This document shows, piece after piece, positions 38,140 to 51,991 of a stretch of DNA of 64,000 nucleotides. Made by a program: the position numbers and the translations under genes. The notes below the pieces were generated by a model, which saw nothing but the letters and a program-made list of their open reading frames with translations, was not told where the DNA came from and did not search any database. The stretch is from Octopus vulgaris (Eukaryota), in the NCBI GenBank assembly GCA_951406725.2, contig OX597835.1:9362001-9426000 (forward strand), written 5' to 3'. How positions within the stretch are numbered: the stretch's first letter is position 1; each line of letters opens with the position of its first letter.

Positions 38140-41090
38140 GTTATGTCTATTTTCAAAAGTCGGTGGTGAATATATGATGGTGTTGGGTAACCTTTTCCAC
38201 TTCAAAACACTGATCACAAAGACCCGTAGATCAAATGGGAAGTATGTGTCCTCAAATGGTTTCTATATCCATCGGTTAATGATCAAACAAGAGAGATATG
38301 TAGTCCATCAGTTCTGCAACACTTCAAACGGTTCTCAGAGGATCTTTGCGCAAAGATCGATTCAGAACATGATATGAGAATAATTCGAACTAAGCTGAGA
38401 GTCGAAAAATAATTTCACGTCAGAGATATCTTAATCACCGATAAAAATACAGTGAATATTGTTCAACTTGCCATCTTGCTATTCTATTTCACGGGAGATC
38501 TAAGATGCAAGGATGAAAGTATACATCCATAATGTTTATATCAGAATATTTGAACTTATTGATCCGATAAATACCTTTACATGAAATCCAAAATGGAGTG
38601 AAATAGGAGATGATTTTTATCGTGACCAACAACATCAACATCGGTAGGTTAGCTCCGTAAAGGGATTCCCTTTAAAATGTAAATAAATTGAAGGAGCTAT
38701 TGTTCAAAGGTTTTTTTTATCTCAGTGAGATTTTGCTTCTTTCATATTCTCTATAAAATGGCGGAAATCTGCCTTATCTCTGCTCACCTTTAGAGTTTGC
38801 TGGAACAAAAATTTCGGGAAAGTGAAATTGTTGATATTCGGTCAACTGAAATAGTGGAGAAGGACCCCGTTTCAACCCTTTATTAGATTGCGAAAAAAAC
38901 ATACGACAGCAGCTTACGTGGACTTTGAAACGTGAACTTTTTTCACGGAAGGTACAAAGGTATTTGCAAAGAGAAGAAATACGTGCATCATTTTATAGCT
39001 GCGAGAGATGTCGAATGTAGAGGAGGAAGAAACCAGATGAAATAGGAGCACTGATGGTCACAGTCGAATGTATACCATTTTCCATCTAAATAGAGTACAC
39101 GAAAAAGTAAATTTAAAAGACATTCTCCTATAAAGGAGACACTCGGTGAATAGTCTTAAATTCATCAATAGAAAGCCTCAATTTTAAATGTTATTGTTCA
39201 ATCAAATCCGTTACATATCTGGGGCAATTACGTGAACAAACGAGAGTTTCAAGCTGTTTTTCCAGTCCTATATTTGGATCCAAACGCAGACGAACACATA
39301 CATATAACTGAACCAGTGAGCTGTGTCAAGAACATTCTGAAATTTCTCATTCATGAACACCTTGCAGTATAATAGATTTGCTGTTCATCTTGAAAATTAT
39401 GACCTTATTAGAAAGATATGTACGTGATGTCATCCAACGATGTCTTCAGTTCAAACGTATATTATTCTTTCAACTACGGCAAACAGAACCATTTGCCAAA
39501 CTTTCTTTATTCTATTGTTTTCTGACATTTTCTTTCGGCAAATGAAAAATGTTTCCAAACGTCAGAACAATTCCACCTTAACAGACAGACGCCTACACTC
39601 TTTTTACCTTCTTTTTAGTCGCTGCCTCTATTGCGCCGTCAACTCAAATTTCCTCCCCCATTTCAATCTAACTTATATACCAAACTTGATTTTGTAGTTT
39701 CAAAGAAAAATGCCTTCTTTGATAAATGATAATCACTGGAATAAACCATTATAAGATATCAGTGCTTCGCAATTTCCATCCAAACTCTTTTCCAACGACT
39801 TAGTTCCTTATGTAATTCTTGCTATCCGATGTGTCTTTAGGAAAAGCATGGATACTTGATGGCAGAATGCATCTTAAATTAGGCGATCATCAACATGCCT
39901 AAACCCCTGTCGGACTTGATAATGGATGTGTTAACCATGGCACTGTTCAAAGTAGAAAATGCGGTTCAGTCAATGTGAAGAAAAACTTTAAATGATTGAT
40001 GCTTTTAGTGACCTGAACTGTAGCTTAAAAGTTCAATCAACGATGGTGGTTTAAGAAAAATGTCATAAAAACTTTTTATTTTATTGGCTGTGTATGTTAA
40101 AGAACTTGTGACAAGCTAATATGAGATCAAAGAAGTCACTGTGAAGATTTTGCTGATTCAACGGAGCAAAGAAAACTATTTTTGTTGATACATCTGGAGG
40201 AACTGGCAGATCATTTCTTATCAACTCGATAAAAGCCAATACCAAAAAAATCAACAAGAAACCGTTCTTGTTGCAGCCTTTCTTCTCTGATAAATCTGCA
40301 ACAACTTTCACAGGAGAAAGAGCAATTCATTTCGTATCTATGTTTCCGCCCAGATGCATTTGTTTGGGGCATTCAGAGTTCTTTGCTGCAACAAAACCTG
40401 TAGCATGGATGTTGCTATCAAATATTCTCGACTCTATGTAATGACTCAGAAGTGACCCGTAATATTTGGCCCTTCACGCCTGGTTTGGAGAGATTGAAAC
40501 ATAATACCATTCCACGTATCAATGATTCTACCTCTCCAACGTAAACCAATAACACTCACCAGTAAACCTTTTGTGGAGGCACATGGCATAGTGGTTAGAG
40601 AAGTGGACTCGCGGTCGAGGGATCGCGGGTTCGAATCTCAGACCGGCGAGGTGTGTGTTTATGAGAGAAACACCTAAGCTCCACGCAGCTCCGGCAGAAG
40701 GTAATGGCGAAGCTTCTACTGACTCTTTCGCCACAACATTCTCTCACTCTTTCCTCCTGCATCTTGCAGCTCACCTGCGACGGACCGGCGTCTGGTCCAG
40801 GTGGGCAACCTATATGCCAAGAAACCGAGAAACCGGCCCTTATGAGCCAGGCATGGCTCGAGAAGGAACAACCAAAACAAACCAGTAAAACTTTCATTTG
40901 CGTCGAAAAAAACCATATCGAAGAATCTTAAGATTCCGCGTATTTCTTTATTCTCGGTTGCGAATAGTTCAATTTGGCTCTTCATAGTAAAAAAAAAAAA
41001 CACTGAAATAGTTGTAAATCACCAGACATTCCAATAGACAATGGAAAATTACTGAACAGAAAGTAATCCATTTAGATAAATTGGGGAAAT
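38140..41090 (+). mobile_element. Decayed Helitron RepHel (HUH Rep + PIF1 helicase) pseudogene
   Basis: Ordered motifs across frameshifts: FYIHRLMIK, DLCAKIDSE, KLRVEK, ILLFYFTGDLR, INTFT*NPKWSEI (Rep motif FITFTCNP.W.EI), SVNSLKFI, RYIS, IFVDTSGGTGRSFLINS (Walker A, ~40178-40228), ATTFTGERAIH, NSSIW. Confidence 0.75.
40573..40880 (+). mobile_element. tRNA(Arg)-like SINE family D, full length, inserted in the Helitron
   Basis: GTGGAGGCACATGGCATAGTGGTTAGAG..GACTCGCGGTC..GCGGGTTCGAATC; (CAA)-rich tail; 14-bp TSD ACCAGTAAA(C/A)CTTT at 40558-40571 / 40881-40894. Confidence 0.9.
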
Positions 41091-41550
41091 TAATGCCATA
41101 TTTTGGAAAACTGCATGATTTCCCAGAGAATAACAACAACATGAGAGTCACATAATATTTTCAGTTTTATATTTGTTTATTGAATTTATGCAATTTAATA
41201 AGCATCAACTCGTACCATTTTCTGAACAGCTTCACTGCAACAATTCTGAGTGAATTAGCTTCACCAGAGATTCTCTGAATTGACAAAGATATTCTCAATT
41301 ATTTTCACTAGAATATTGGGATTCCATGCAAATCTTCGCTTTTTAGCTATTCATGAACATGGCCATATTTTAGAATATATATTTGTGCACACACACACAC
41401 ACACAATACTCATTCATATATATATGCATATACATATATATACATATCATATATATATATATATATATATAGATAGATATATATATATACACACACACAT
41501 ATATATATAGGTATTTATACGTTTTGTATAATTTGTCCATTATATATAGA

Positions 41551-41581
<31 letters not shown>

Positions 41582-41838
41582 GATGCACTCAAAAACACAC
41601 ACAAGTACATATTTATATACAAATGTGCAAATATGAATAAGTATATGTTTATATGTGTGTGTGTGTGTGTGTGATTTTATATATGAATATAGACGCACAC
41701 ACACATAAACCTTCAAATACATCAAATACATGCATATATATCTAGAGCGAGAGCGAGAGCGAGAGAAATAAAGATAGATAGACTTTGATAGAGATGTGAG
41801 GAATACTTATATATACTTACATATACAAATATATATGC

Positions 41839-41874
<36 letters not shown>

Positions 41875-42071
41875 ACGTGTGTACGTGAATGCGTGTGTGT
41901 GCCAGTGTGAGTGAATGTCTGCGTTTGTGTGTGCGAAGGAAATAAAGTTGAATAATTTTGAATAAACGAGTAAAAATGTTGTTTGCCTCAACAATTGAAT
42001 CTACCGAATTTCAAAGTAACTCATGCAAATAATTCGAATATTAAACACAAACATACAAACGCACCAACACA

Positions 42072-42146
42072 CACATACATACATACATACATACATACAT
42101 ACATACATACATACATACATACATGCATACATACATACATACATAC
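42072..42146. repeat. (TACA)n microsatellite
   Basis: Direct reading. Confidence 0.95.
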
Positions 42147-42644
42147 AATGAATTGATTGCATCGCAATCCTTAACATTTATGTATTAACTTTGTTGGGTA
42201 CTTTACTAGCAGAATATTGGATATATGTTATCCCATGGAGGGTTGCATTTACAATCCCTATCTCAATTTGTATATAAATATATACAACGAAATATCCCAT
42301 AGATTTTCCTGCATCTAACAGAATGTTTTCTGATATATTTATTATTTCACTACCATTCCCATGATCACCGATGACATAACCGTGAAACATGTACAGGATG
42401 ATTAAAACTCTATGTGTGTGTGTGGAGGGGGTACAGAGATGAAGAGGCGGAGAGGGATAAAGAAAGAGAGAGGATTGAAATTCGACGTTCGAAACTTAAA
42501 GAGCCTGGTGGCCGAGGCTCTGTTAGGAAAGCTTCGCTGAGTAAGAAAACCACACTTAAATACTTAGATATTTATGGCTGATGTATTAGTGTCTCCAAAT
42601 ATTTTTTCCCCACTCACGCTGCGCCACCCTTCCATTGTTCTTGT

Positions 42645-42883
42645 GCGACGATTTCATCTCAATCGAAGGAGAGGGGCTTTCTCCGTCCGGGTTGCGGATC
42701 CGTGGAATAAGCTGCCGGACGAGATGGTGAAGATGCTGACGACCGCTCGGTTCAAAGTCTCCCTTGACCTCAAGTGGCCTGAACTCTTTACATAAACACC
42801 ACCCTGTACGTAACTCCATGTCCCCCTACATGGCCTTGCTTTTTGCTTTTTGAGCCAAAAAATTAACTAACTAACTAACTAAC
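42645..42883 (+). mobile_element. CR1-clade LINE 3' end with (TAAC)n tail
   Basis: RRFHLNRRRGAFSVRVADPWNKLPDEMVKMLTTARFKVSLD* matches R..FFS.RV...WN.LP...V......FK..LD. Tail (TAAC)5; possible CTTGT TSD. Confidence 0.85.
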
Positions 42884-44282
42884 TTGTAATAACTAAATCA
42901 TTTGAACCTATTTTAGATTTTTGTTTTCGTATTGAGTCTCCACGACAGAATACCGTTTCTTATTTCAATTGCAGAGAAATTTTGCAGCAGATTTACTTCT
43001 ATAAATTGTTATTATCCATTTTGGAACACCTTCTTGCTACGTTTCACCAAAATAACATACACCACACGTACATTTGCATACACACAAACAAGACCAAATG
43101 TTAGCTAACTGTGTTATATTCGGCATTTTTCTTGCATGTATGAAATACCCACAAATTTTGAGAATGTCTTTTAAATTTACTTTTTCGTGTATACTATTTA
43201 GATGGAAAATGGTATACATTCGATTTCGTTTATTTAGACATTCAAATTTTCAAGTTATTAAATGTTGATGTTGTTGCTATAATTGTTACTATCACTGACG
43301 GTCTGAATGTTACCAAAAAGATCTACAGGTAATAGTGAAAGAGGCGAAAAAAACTAAAACATAGTACAGAAGATGCATCTCCCTCTTATCGCCCCGTTTG
43401 TCTCTGATACCCGTATAAGATTTTCCACCGTCCCTGGAGGTGGTACCGCCCACTTTGTGAACTACGGTTTTAATTGGTCACTTACCTGCAAGATATAACG
43501 AGGAAATCTTCTTTAAACCACGCCTAATTAGCGTAGAAAGACGAGAGTCCGTTAGCAAAATTATTTCAGACGTAATTGTTGCTAAAGATTTTTTTAAATG
43601 ATAAAAATAGGTTTATATTTAAATGCTTAATATTCTAGAGCTGTTCTGTCGGGTGGGTTGATTTGGGACTGAAGTCCTATAAGCAACAGCAGGACTCAAA
43701 AGTATCTTACAGAACACAAGATAGAGTGGACAACTGAGGGAAGAGAGAGAGAGAGAGAGGGGGGGAGACGGGCAGACAGACAGAAAAAATAAATGTTAAG
43801 CAAAGAGTGAAGTGTTTTTATGGTTCGTTTAATATTGTTTTAAAAGGAGAGTTGCGAGGGCCAACATTGCGGATGAACATCGTAAATAGACGGAACAACA
43901 GTTTAGATTAAGGAAATTGTAGTCTTAAGTTGACTTCACGTTAGTCCTACCTGGAATGCGTTCGAGCGGGTATTTTTGTTTACATGCGTACATGACAAGT
44001 ATCAGAGTGTGTGTATGTTTTGTGTGTGTACGTGATGGGCGTCTGTGCGTTTATTTGGGTTAATGGCTCTATCTACGATCACTACCAAGCTAATTACGGT
44101 CCACCCGATTCCAGTCTTTGCAAATTAAAGACATTAATTACATACTTCTAACATTTACTCACAATAAAACGTCGTTCCTACAAATTACGAGATCGCTTTG
44201 CTGCCTCACACACACATACACACAAGTACATAAAGCTACATACCCATACAGACGCACTCACAACAGCCTATATATTTATCTT

Positions 44283-44600
44283 TTATCCCTTACTTGTATC
44301 AGTCATTGGATTGCGGCCATGCTGGGGAAGCGCTTTTAAGGGTTTAGTCGAACAAATAGACCTCGGTATGTACTCTTTTTTAAATGAGGGACTTATATTA
44401 TTAACTCTTTGTCCAAACCGCTGAGTAACCAGGACGTAAACAAACCAAGGCTTGTTGTCAAGCAAGTATGGAGCTTTAACACATATATATAGATCTATTG
44501 GTCAGATGAAGGTTATAGAAGAAGACACTTCCCCAATGTGTTACACTGTGGGATTGAACCCAAACCTACGTGTTTCGGTAGCAAGCTTCTTACCACAGAG
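44283..44600 (-). mobile_element. SINE family B, degraded
   Basis: CAGTCATT.GA.TGCGGCCATGCTGG tail and GAAGACACTT.CCCAA.GTG....AGCAAGCTTCTTACCACA head. Confidence 0.75.
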
Positions 44601-44861
44601 CTACGAAATAGTGGTGCAGGCGTAATCGAGCAGGCTTATAATCAACCACATTCCAGGCATGACACTCACCCCTTACTTCTAACGCTGTATTTTATTATCT
44701 GTTTTTTGTTCTCTTGTATTTTTAATTTTTTTAAGTTTTTTTTTTTTTTTTGTAAATCAGTAGTTTTTGATTTCGTAGACACTTTAATCCTATTTCTGAC
44801 ATTTCGTGACACGGTAGGTCTTCGCCATTGCTCCCCCTCTCTCTGTCCCTCTGTCTCTCTC

Positions 44862-44918
<57 letters not shown>

Positions 44919-45456
44919 ATATGTGTATGTATGTATGTGTGTATGTGCGTGCCTGCCTGCTTGTGGATGTACGTGTGTATGTGTTTGGTATGGGTATTCT
45001 CGTTTGTTTGACACAAAGGGAAGACCTCGGAAATTACTACCATATAATGGAAAGTGACACATCTGGTTACTTCTCATTCCTTTGCAACTGGGAATTTCAC
45101 TTTCTTCCAGATCCGTTCAAGTGACGTCTTTAGTATTACTGAAGCTCTTCCTCTCTCCATCCCACACCACCCAGTTCTCTCGCCTGACAGAACAACTTGG
45201 AATACAAGCGGTGACGGGATGTGATAACTGCATAAAAATACATCCACCACCACCACATACACACACAAACACGCATAATACACAAATACATGTATATATA
45301 TATATATATATGTTTGTACATGTCTTTTTATATATATATAAAGAATGAAACCATGTATGTATGGAGATATACACATATTTATGCCTACATATGTTTGCAC
45401 TTATATTTGTGTCCGCCTGATTATATGCGTACGTATACATATATACATATATTTAT

Positions 45457-45611
<155 letters not shown>

Positions 45612-47231
45612 TGTGTGTAGTGTGTGTGCGTATTTACGTATACATCTGTACGCCAGCATTGTCGGAGAATTATTGCTATATTAAGATTGTAATCTTTCTC
45701 CAGTCTCTACAATATGCAATGAATCTATTTGTTATGTACAATGTCCAATTTATCAAAATGACATCTTATCAATCGGAACGGCAACTCACTACTCTAAAAC
45801 AAACATAAACTTAGGTTTCGATTACATTTCTAATTATTATTAAATCGATCACCAAGCGTAAGGGACGTCCACATAACGACAACTTCAACATCGATTTCAA
45901 AGTAAACATCGAATATGACACAACAACAATTTTCATTTCATATTCTCCGTTCCCTTGATGTCTCTATTCTAAATACTGAAATGAAACCTTCCAAAACCAA
46001 CAACAATATCAGCTACGATAATTGTGTCAGTAGCTATAACAATACAGCAGAAATCTCCAGATATTCTTTACTCGTGGACAAAATGTTTAACGGGATTTTT
46101 TTTTTAGCCCTTAATGTTCTGCGTTCAAGTGTCTGTTGACGTCGACTTCGTAGTTTTTGCGTTTGCAGTCGCCGAAATAAAATACCCCTCAAGCACTGTG
46201 GCCAACGCAATCGTTTAAAATCCTCCAACTGAAATTCCTGGCTTTGTGTTAAAGTTAACAAGAATTAACTTAACTTAGCATATCACCCAGTATTCGTACC
46301 ACAGAATCGGGAATATTTTTTTCCTGTCTTCAGTCGAAGATCTTTGAAGGTCAGTGGCCTAAAGGTTCGGATATTACGCTCACGAACGAATGTAGAGACA
46401 TTTTTGGACTGATTTGAAACATTACTTTTCCATCACTGAGTTGATTGATGTACAAATGTAATAATAATAATAATTATTATTATTATTATTATACTTGTGT
46501 TTGTTTTGTTGTTGAGATTGAAAAATCGACCTTGTTTGTAAAATATTCTGGACTTGGTTTTGCAAAGGAAATTTCGTGCGTGAACTTATGGTTCTAAGCA
46601 GGTTGCCTTTCCCCATGTATATAACTTAAGATACTACACGTACATAAATATTGCTCGTTCTAAAACATCGATGACTGAGATAGCTGCAGTATTATCGGAG
46701 ACCCTCCACCATCGGACTTAATAAAGGGGCGATACTCAAACCACTTAAAATTGTTGCGATATTTCCGTGTGACGATATGAAAACAAGGATTGAATTTAGA
46801 TTCAGTTTCACGAAGCGTTAAAGTAAAGATATCATTTATTGATTTAAGACAACATAAGGATATCGTTTCTATTGAAAATCAAGCATGAGTTTCACAGCAA
46901 CCATAGAAGCAATAATATAAATGAGACATCTACTACACATTCACGTGATCAGCAGAAAAAGTTGATCTGCCCTGAATAAACACTGCAACATAACACACAC
47001 CATTAGAAAAATAGTCCTTCAAAAGCCACAGTGGAATTGTCTGTGTGCGCGCGCATATTGTGAGTGCCTGTCAGTCTGTGTCCGTCAGTCTGTGTCCGTC
47101 AGTCTGTGTCTGTGTGTTTGCGTCTGTGTGTATTCAGGCTTGCATGCTTATATACACGCACGCATACATCAATACAGATGTATACATAAATACATACATT
47201 ACATACATACGTAAGTACACACATAGACTGA

Positions 47232-47352
47232 TAGATAATTGTAAGGTATCTCCAATATCAGTTACGGTTTAATGGAATACGATTTGTTGTTTGGAAAATT
47301 CTATTGGCAATCGGTTCCACGTTGCTTTCTGTCGCAGTCTTCGACGACATCT
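47232..47352 (+). repeat. Unclassified ~120-bp repeat, copy 1
   Basis: TAGATAATTGTAAGGTATCT.CAAT.TCAGTTACGG...AGTC.TCGACGAC.TCT also occurs at 51184-51298. Confidence 0.75.
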
Positions 47353-47543
47353 GATTCGATGTGGTTATTGATATTTTACTTTCGTATAATATTTCATGAA
47401 AATACGGAAATTGATGCTGTTACCTGATATGCCCTAATGGACAGGCAGTGTGTCCACTAAAGTGGAGGAAAGATGTGTGCAACTAAACATGGAAATATAT
47501 AATATAAATATTTTATATATGAATGTCTGTATGTATATATATA

Positions 47544-47609
<66 letters not shown>

Positions 47610-47620
47610 GCACATATATG

Positions 47621-47669
<49 letters not shown>

Positions 47670-47934
47670 TTATATGCATACGTACACATGTATATATATA
47701 TATATGTATATATAAAAGTGTAGGTATATATATATACATAAATATACATGTATATGGATGGATGGATTGATGGATGGAAGGATATATATAAGTGTGGCGC
47801 TGTTTCAGTTACGGTGGATCATATATGAGGACGTGCGTTGAGTCCTGAACAAGACATTCTTGAAGATTGCCGGTTACCCTTCCCCTATTTCTCATCATCA
47901 ACATAATGACGATCATAATAATAATAATAATAAT

Positions 47935-48413
47935 AGTTTTGTCTTGGTATAAAAGATGGGCTACAGCAAAAATTCTGCTCAATACCACAGATTTGCTTGT
48001 CAGTTGTTTGACCTTAACCAGTTGAGCATGTCCCTTAGTGGCTGACGATATGTGCATCTCTGATCACGAGCAGAAGTAGTGGGGGAGCATCATAGCCATG
48101 TGTTGAGAGGGATTCTTTGGGGTTTGAATAATTCACCTCTGGAAACATGGGTGGTTCTTTCAACATCCTTAAACAACCCTTATTCAGGGACCTTTTGAGC
48201 GGGATGGGCTACTCAACCTGAAGAAAATTCTAACTGGGCCCCACCTGCAAGGTCATGTGCTGTTTATCTTGATATGAGATCACCATGTCGCGCACATATG
48301 GTTGTGATGCATGTGCCTGGTGTACCCTTATCAGACGGGTAGTCATGATGGGTATATTGGGCTTCGTATATTTTACCCCAGTGTCACTTTGATGGCATGC
48401 ACTGCTCTCTCAC
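47935..48413. mobile_element. Probable interspersed repeat (GC-richer block adjoining (AAT)n), unclassified
   Basis: Sharp compositional boundary at an (AAT)n tract and no ORF. It resembles an octopus repeat from memory only. Confidence 0.35.
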
Positions 48414-48524
48414 AACGAAGATGGAAGTTAAAATTTTATACGTGGTAGATAGACATGTTATGGGCTGATAGATTTCGAGAGATTTGGTTTCCTTTTCCTT
48501 CGGGAGTAGGTAAGTAATACCTCT

Positions 48525-48680
48525 TGCTAATTCAGCCGAAATCGACAAGGCCTATCATCGTTTCAGGCTCGATAAAATAAAGTATCAGTGGAACAGAGCT
48601 CGATGCTATCGGTTAGCCCCACCCACCAAATTTCAGGCTTAATGCCTGTAGCAGAAATCATATTATTATTGCTGTTGTTG
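48525..48680 (+). mobile_element. SINE family A 3' half with alternative tail and ATT/GTT tail
   Basis: GCCT.TCATC.TTTC.GG.TCGATAAAATAAAGTA.CAG...AAATTTCAGGCTTAATGCCT.TAG.AGAAA. Confidence 0.65.
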
Positions 48681-49199
48681 TTGTTGTTCCCTCAGTTCTC
48701 TGTCCAGATAGTCATTATCATATCATGGTCAACACTTTTAAAAGCTTTTCCGGTTACAGTTATTATTACTTTAAAAGCGACGTAGTTTTAAGAGATGGAT
48801 TTTAAAGCTGTTTTGGGTAAAATTGAGTTATTTTAAGAAGAGCGACGGATTGATGTCATACTGATAGTGTCTGACCCACCGCATCTGTGGCTTTCTATAG
48901 ACGGGATGAGAAGGAAGTAGCATCTGGAATATGGTGTAATCAACATGAGGTCGTCCTACACAAATATAAGTACAGAGACAGAGTTAAAATAGATTACTTC
49001 AGACGAAAAACTTCACTATATATGTGGTTGGATACGTGCATTCGCGTGTACGCGCATGGGTGTAGACACTTATACATGTGAATATATACAAGCACACATA
49101 TGTAGATATAATCATACGTACTTGTGTTATATGAATTTCAGTATATGCCTAGGCATTTATGCATATACGCATATAGAAATACTCACATACAGTTACCTA

Positions 49200-49230
<31 letters not shown>

Positions 49231-49410
49231 CACTAATAAATCTCTGAGCGTGATATAAACAGAAGCAGCATGACATCGTGAAGTATACATGCCACCTGAA
49301 TGTGGCTAACCCTTAAGGGTCGATGCTACTGTAGCTTGTAACCCCAGGAAGACATATATATGCGTATGTGAGTATGTAACTAGCACATATATACACACAC
49401 ACACACACAC

Positions 49411-49453
<43 letters not shown>

Positions 49454-49514
49454 CTGCTTGAATAGTCACCTAACAAGTACAGACAGGGGACAGATCTAAT
49501 GTAGCTATAAGTCG

Positions 49515-49807
49515 TGATTGGGCAGAATCTGAATGACATCCCGCTATGCTTGACTAACGAAGCGACTGGTCAAGACAGGAAACAAACAAGAGGGAGTTAT
49601 AATGCAGCGATTGGTCAAAATAATGATGACGTCCCGTTCCACTTGATTAAAGCCACCTAACAAAACGATTGGTCAAAACATTGATGACGTCACGCTACGC
49701 TAGATTGACCACCTAACAGGCATTATAAAACCAAGCATTTCACAAAAAATCACTAGAACCACCCAGCGAACTTCCACCATGGGTCATCACAATTGCTTAA
49801 GGTAAAA
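49515..49807 (+). promoter_or_regulatory. Pol II promoter-like module with candidate first exon
   Basis: ATTGG-N12-TGAC(G/A)TC at 49517, 49610, 49668; TATAAAA 49724; TCACT Inr 49750; CCACCATGG with ATG at 49779; AG|GTAAAA donor at 49801/49802. Confidence 0.5.
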
Positions 49808-50168
49808 ATGAATTCCTCGCTCTTTCGGAAACATCAATCTTCTGTATTGACCGCTTTCCACCACTTTGATCTGTTTTTTGTATTGAATACGTATCGCCAC
49901 CGTGGGCCACTGCATCGAACACTTTGAACATATACTTCAAACTATATATCAACTATACATGAACTATATATCAACTATACATGAACTCTAAGATGTCTGA
50001 CTCCGTTGTGTATTATAAATGAATTTCTTGTGTTTGACGGCATGAGCTGTCTTTTTTTATATATAACTATTTTTGATAAGGTTCATTTCAGGAACTGAAA
50101 CATGTTATAATGTATATATAAAAATTAAAAATTGTATAATACAGCAGCATTTTCGAACTTCATTTTTT

Positions 50169-50211
<43 letters not shown>

Positions 50212-50259
50212 TAAATATAAATATATATATGTGTGTATATAAATATATCTTTGTATGTG

Positions 50260-50293
<34 letters not shown>

Positions 50294-50354
50294 CATGTGT
50301 GTGTGTGTGTCTGTGTGCGTGTCTGCGTACATACACATTCTTTTATTCTTTTTT

Positions 50355-50976
50355 TTCTTTTACCTGTTTCAGTCATTTTGACTGCGACCATGCTGGAGCA
50401 CTGCCTTTAGTCGAACAAATCGACCCCAGGACGTATTCTTTGTAAGCTTAGTACTTATTCTATCGGTATCTTTTACCGAACCACGAAGCTACGAGGACGT
50501 AAACACATCAACATCGGTTTTCAAGCGATCGTGTGTGTGTGTGTGGAGAGGGGACAAACACAGACACACAAACATATACATATATGTATATTTATATATA
50601 TATATATATATATACGTATACATATATAAACGAAGATCAAACATAACAAAATACATCAACGCGAGGAGGCGGTGCATTTAAAGTATTAGCAGATGCTCAG
50701 GGAAAGGAAAGAAAGCTGGTTTAACGTTTCGAGCAAAGCTCTTCTTCCAAAACAGGAGAGTCCAATAGGAAAGAAGATTCACTACCGATTCAAATTTTGC
50801 TACATATACAAGAGGCTTCTTTCCGTTTCCGTCTACCAAATCCACTCACAAGAATTTGATCGTCTACAGTAGGCTATAGTAGAAGACACTTGCCGAAGGT
50901 GCCACGCAGTGTGAGTGAACTCGGAACCATGTGGTTGGGAAGCAAGCTTTTTACCACACAGCCACTCCTGCGCCTG
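50355..50976 (-). mobile_element. SINE family B, full length, interrupted by a Penelope-like fragment
   Basis: Tail 50355-50570, head/body 50810-50976 (GCGCAGGAGTGGCTGTGTGGTAA). Confidence 0.9.
50625..50775 (-). mobile_element. Penelope-like terminal fragment with hammerhead-like motif (50719-50753)
   Basis: Minus strand GTTT-TGGAAGA-A-GAGC(TTT)GCTC-GAAA-CG-TT-AAAC. Related to 2586-2935 and inserted in the SINE's internal TA tract. Confidence 0.55.
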
Positions 50977-51183
50977 CATATGTATATATTTCTCTCTCTC
51001 TGTCTCTCCCCCTCTCTCTCTGCACACACACACACACATAATGTTATATTAAAACCACAAGTCATGTGAAGTACAACTACCCTGGTTTCCTGGCCAAAAC
51101 ATCAATTTATTTCGCCATTTTTCAAGCTGGGAACCAGACTGTTTTTCAGTTGGTTTCTAAGCATAAATACATAGAGAAAATGC

Positions 51184-51298
51184 TAGATAATTGTAAGGTA
51201 TCTACAATGTCAGTTACGGCTTGCGATTTGTCGTTACGAAAATTGAATTGGCAAGTGGTAGCGAATTGGTTTTTGTTGTAGTCGTCGACGACGTCTAA
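51184..51298 (+). repeat. Unclassified ~120-bp repeat, copy 2
   Basis: Aligns with 47232-47352. Confidence 0.75.
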
Positions 51299-51453
51299 TG
51301 TGTGTGTATGTGTATGTATGTGAGTGTGTGTGTGTCTGTCTGTCTGTATAAATATGAAGCCTGTCCTCTTGTCTCTCAACTGTTGAGATCCGTACCACTT
51401 ACCCATCTGAGGTGGTTTTTGCAGCTTGCTTTCCGTTTATTGACCGGTCGAGT

Positions 51454-51683
<230 letters not shown>

Positions 51684-51915
51684 AAAGTAAATGGGTAGAG
51701 TCATAAATTGAAGCAACATCGGAGGTAGGGGGCTGTTCCTTTTTTCTTTTTTTTTCCAATGGCGGTTCCTACATCAATACGAAGCATGAAACTACCTCAT
51801 AAAACTAATCACCACAGACTGCACAGAGAGTAGCTACTCTTCTTGACCCTGTTCCTGAAATGTATGAATTCATAAAAACCTCAGCCTCACTCTCACCATT
51901 TCCTCTCTCTCTCGC

Positions 51916-51991
<76 letters not shown>

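Noticed and set aside
40573-40650. tRNA-Arg-like gene (similar heads at 19270-19340 and in other SINEs)
   Set aside because: No acceptor stem closure; the sequence continues into a SINE body, with a TSD in this copy.
45890-46080. PLE RT-like PFLDVSI...KPS motif
   Set aside because: Requires a frameshift and has little flanking support.
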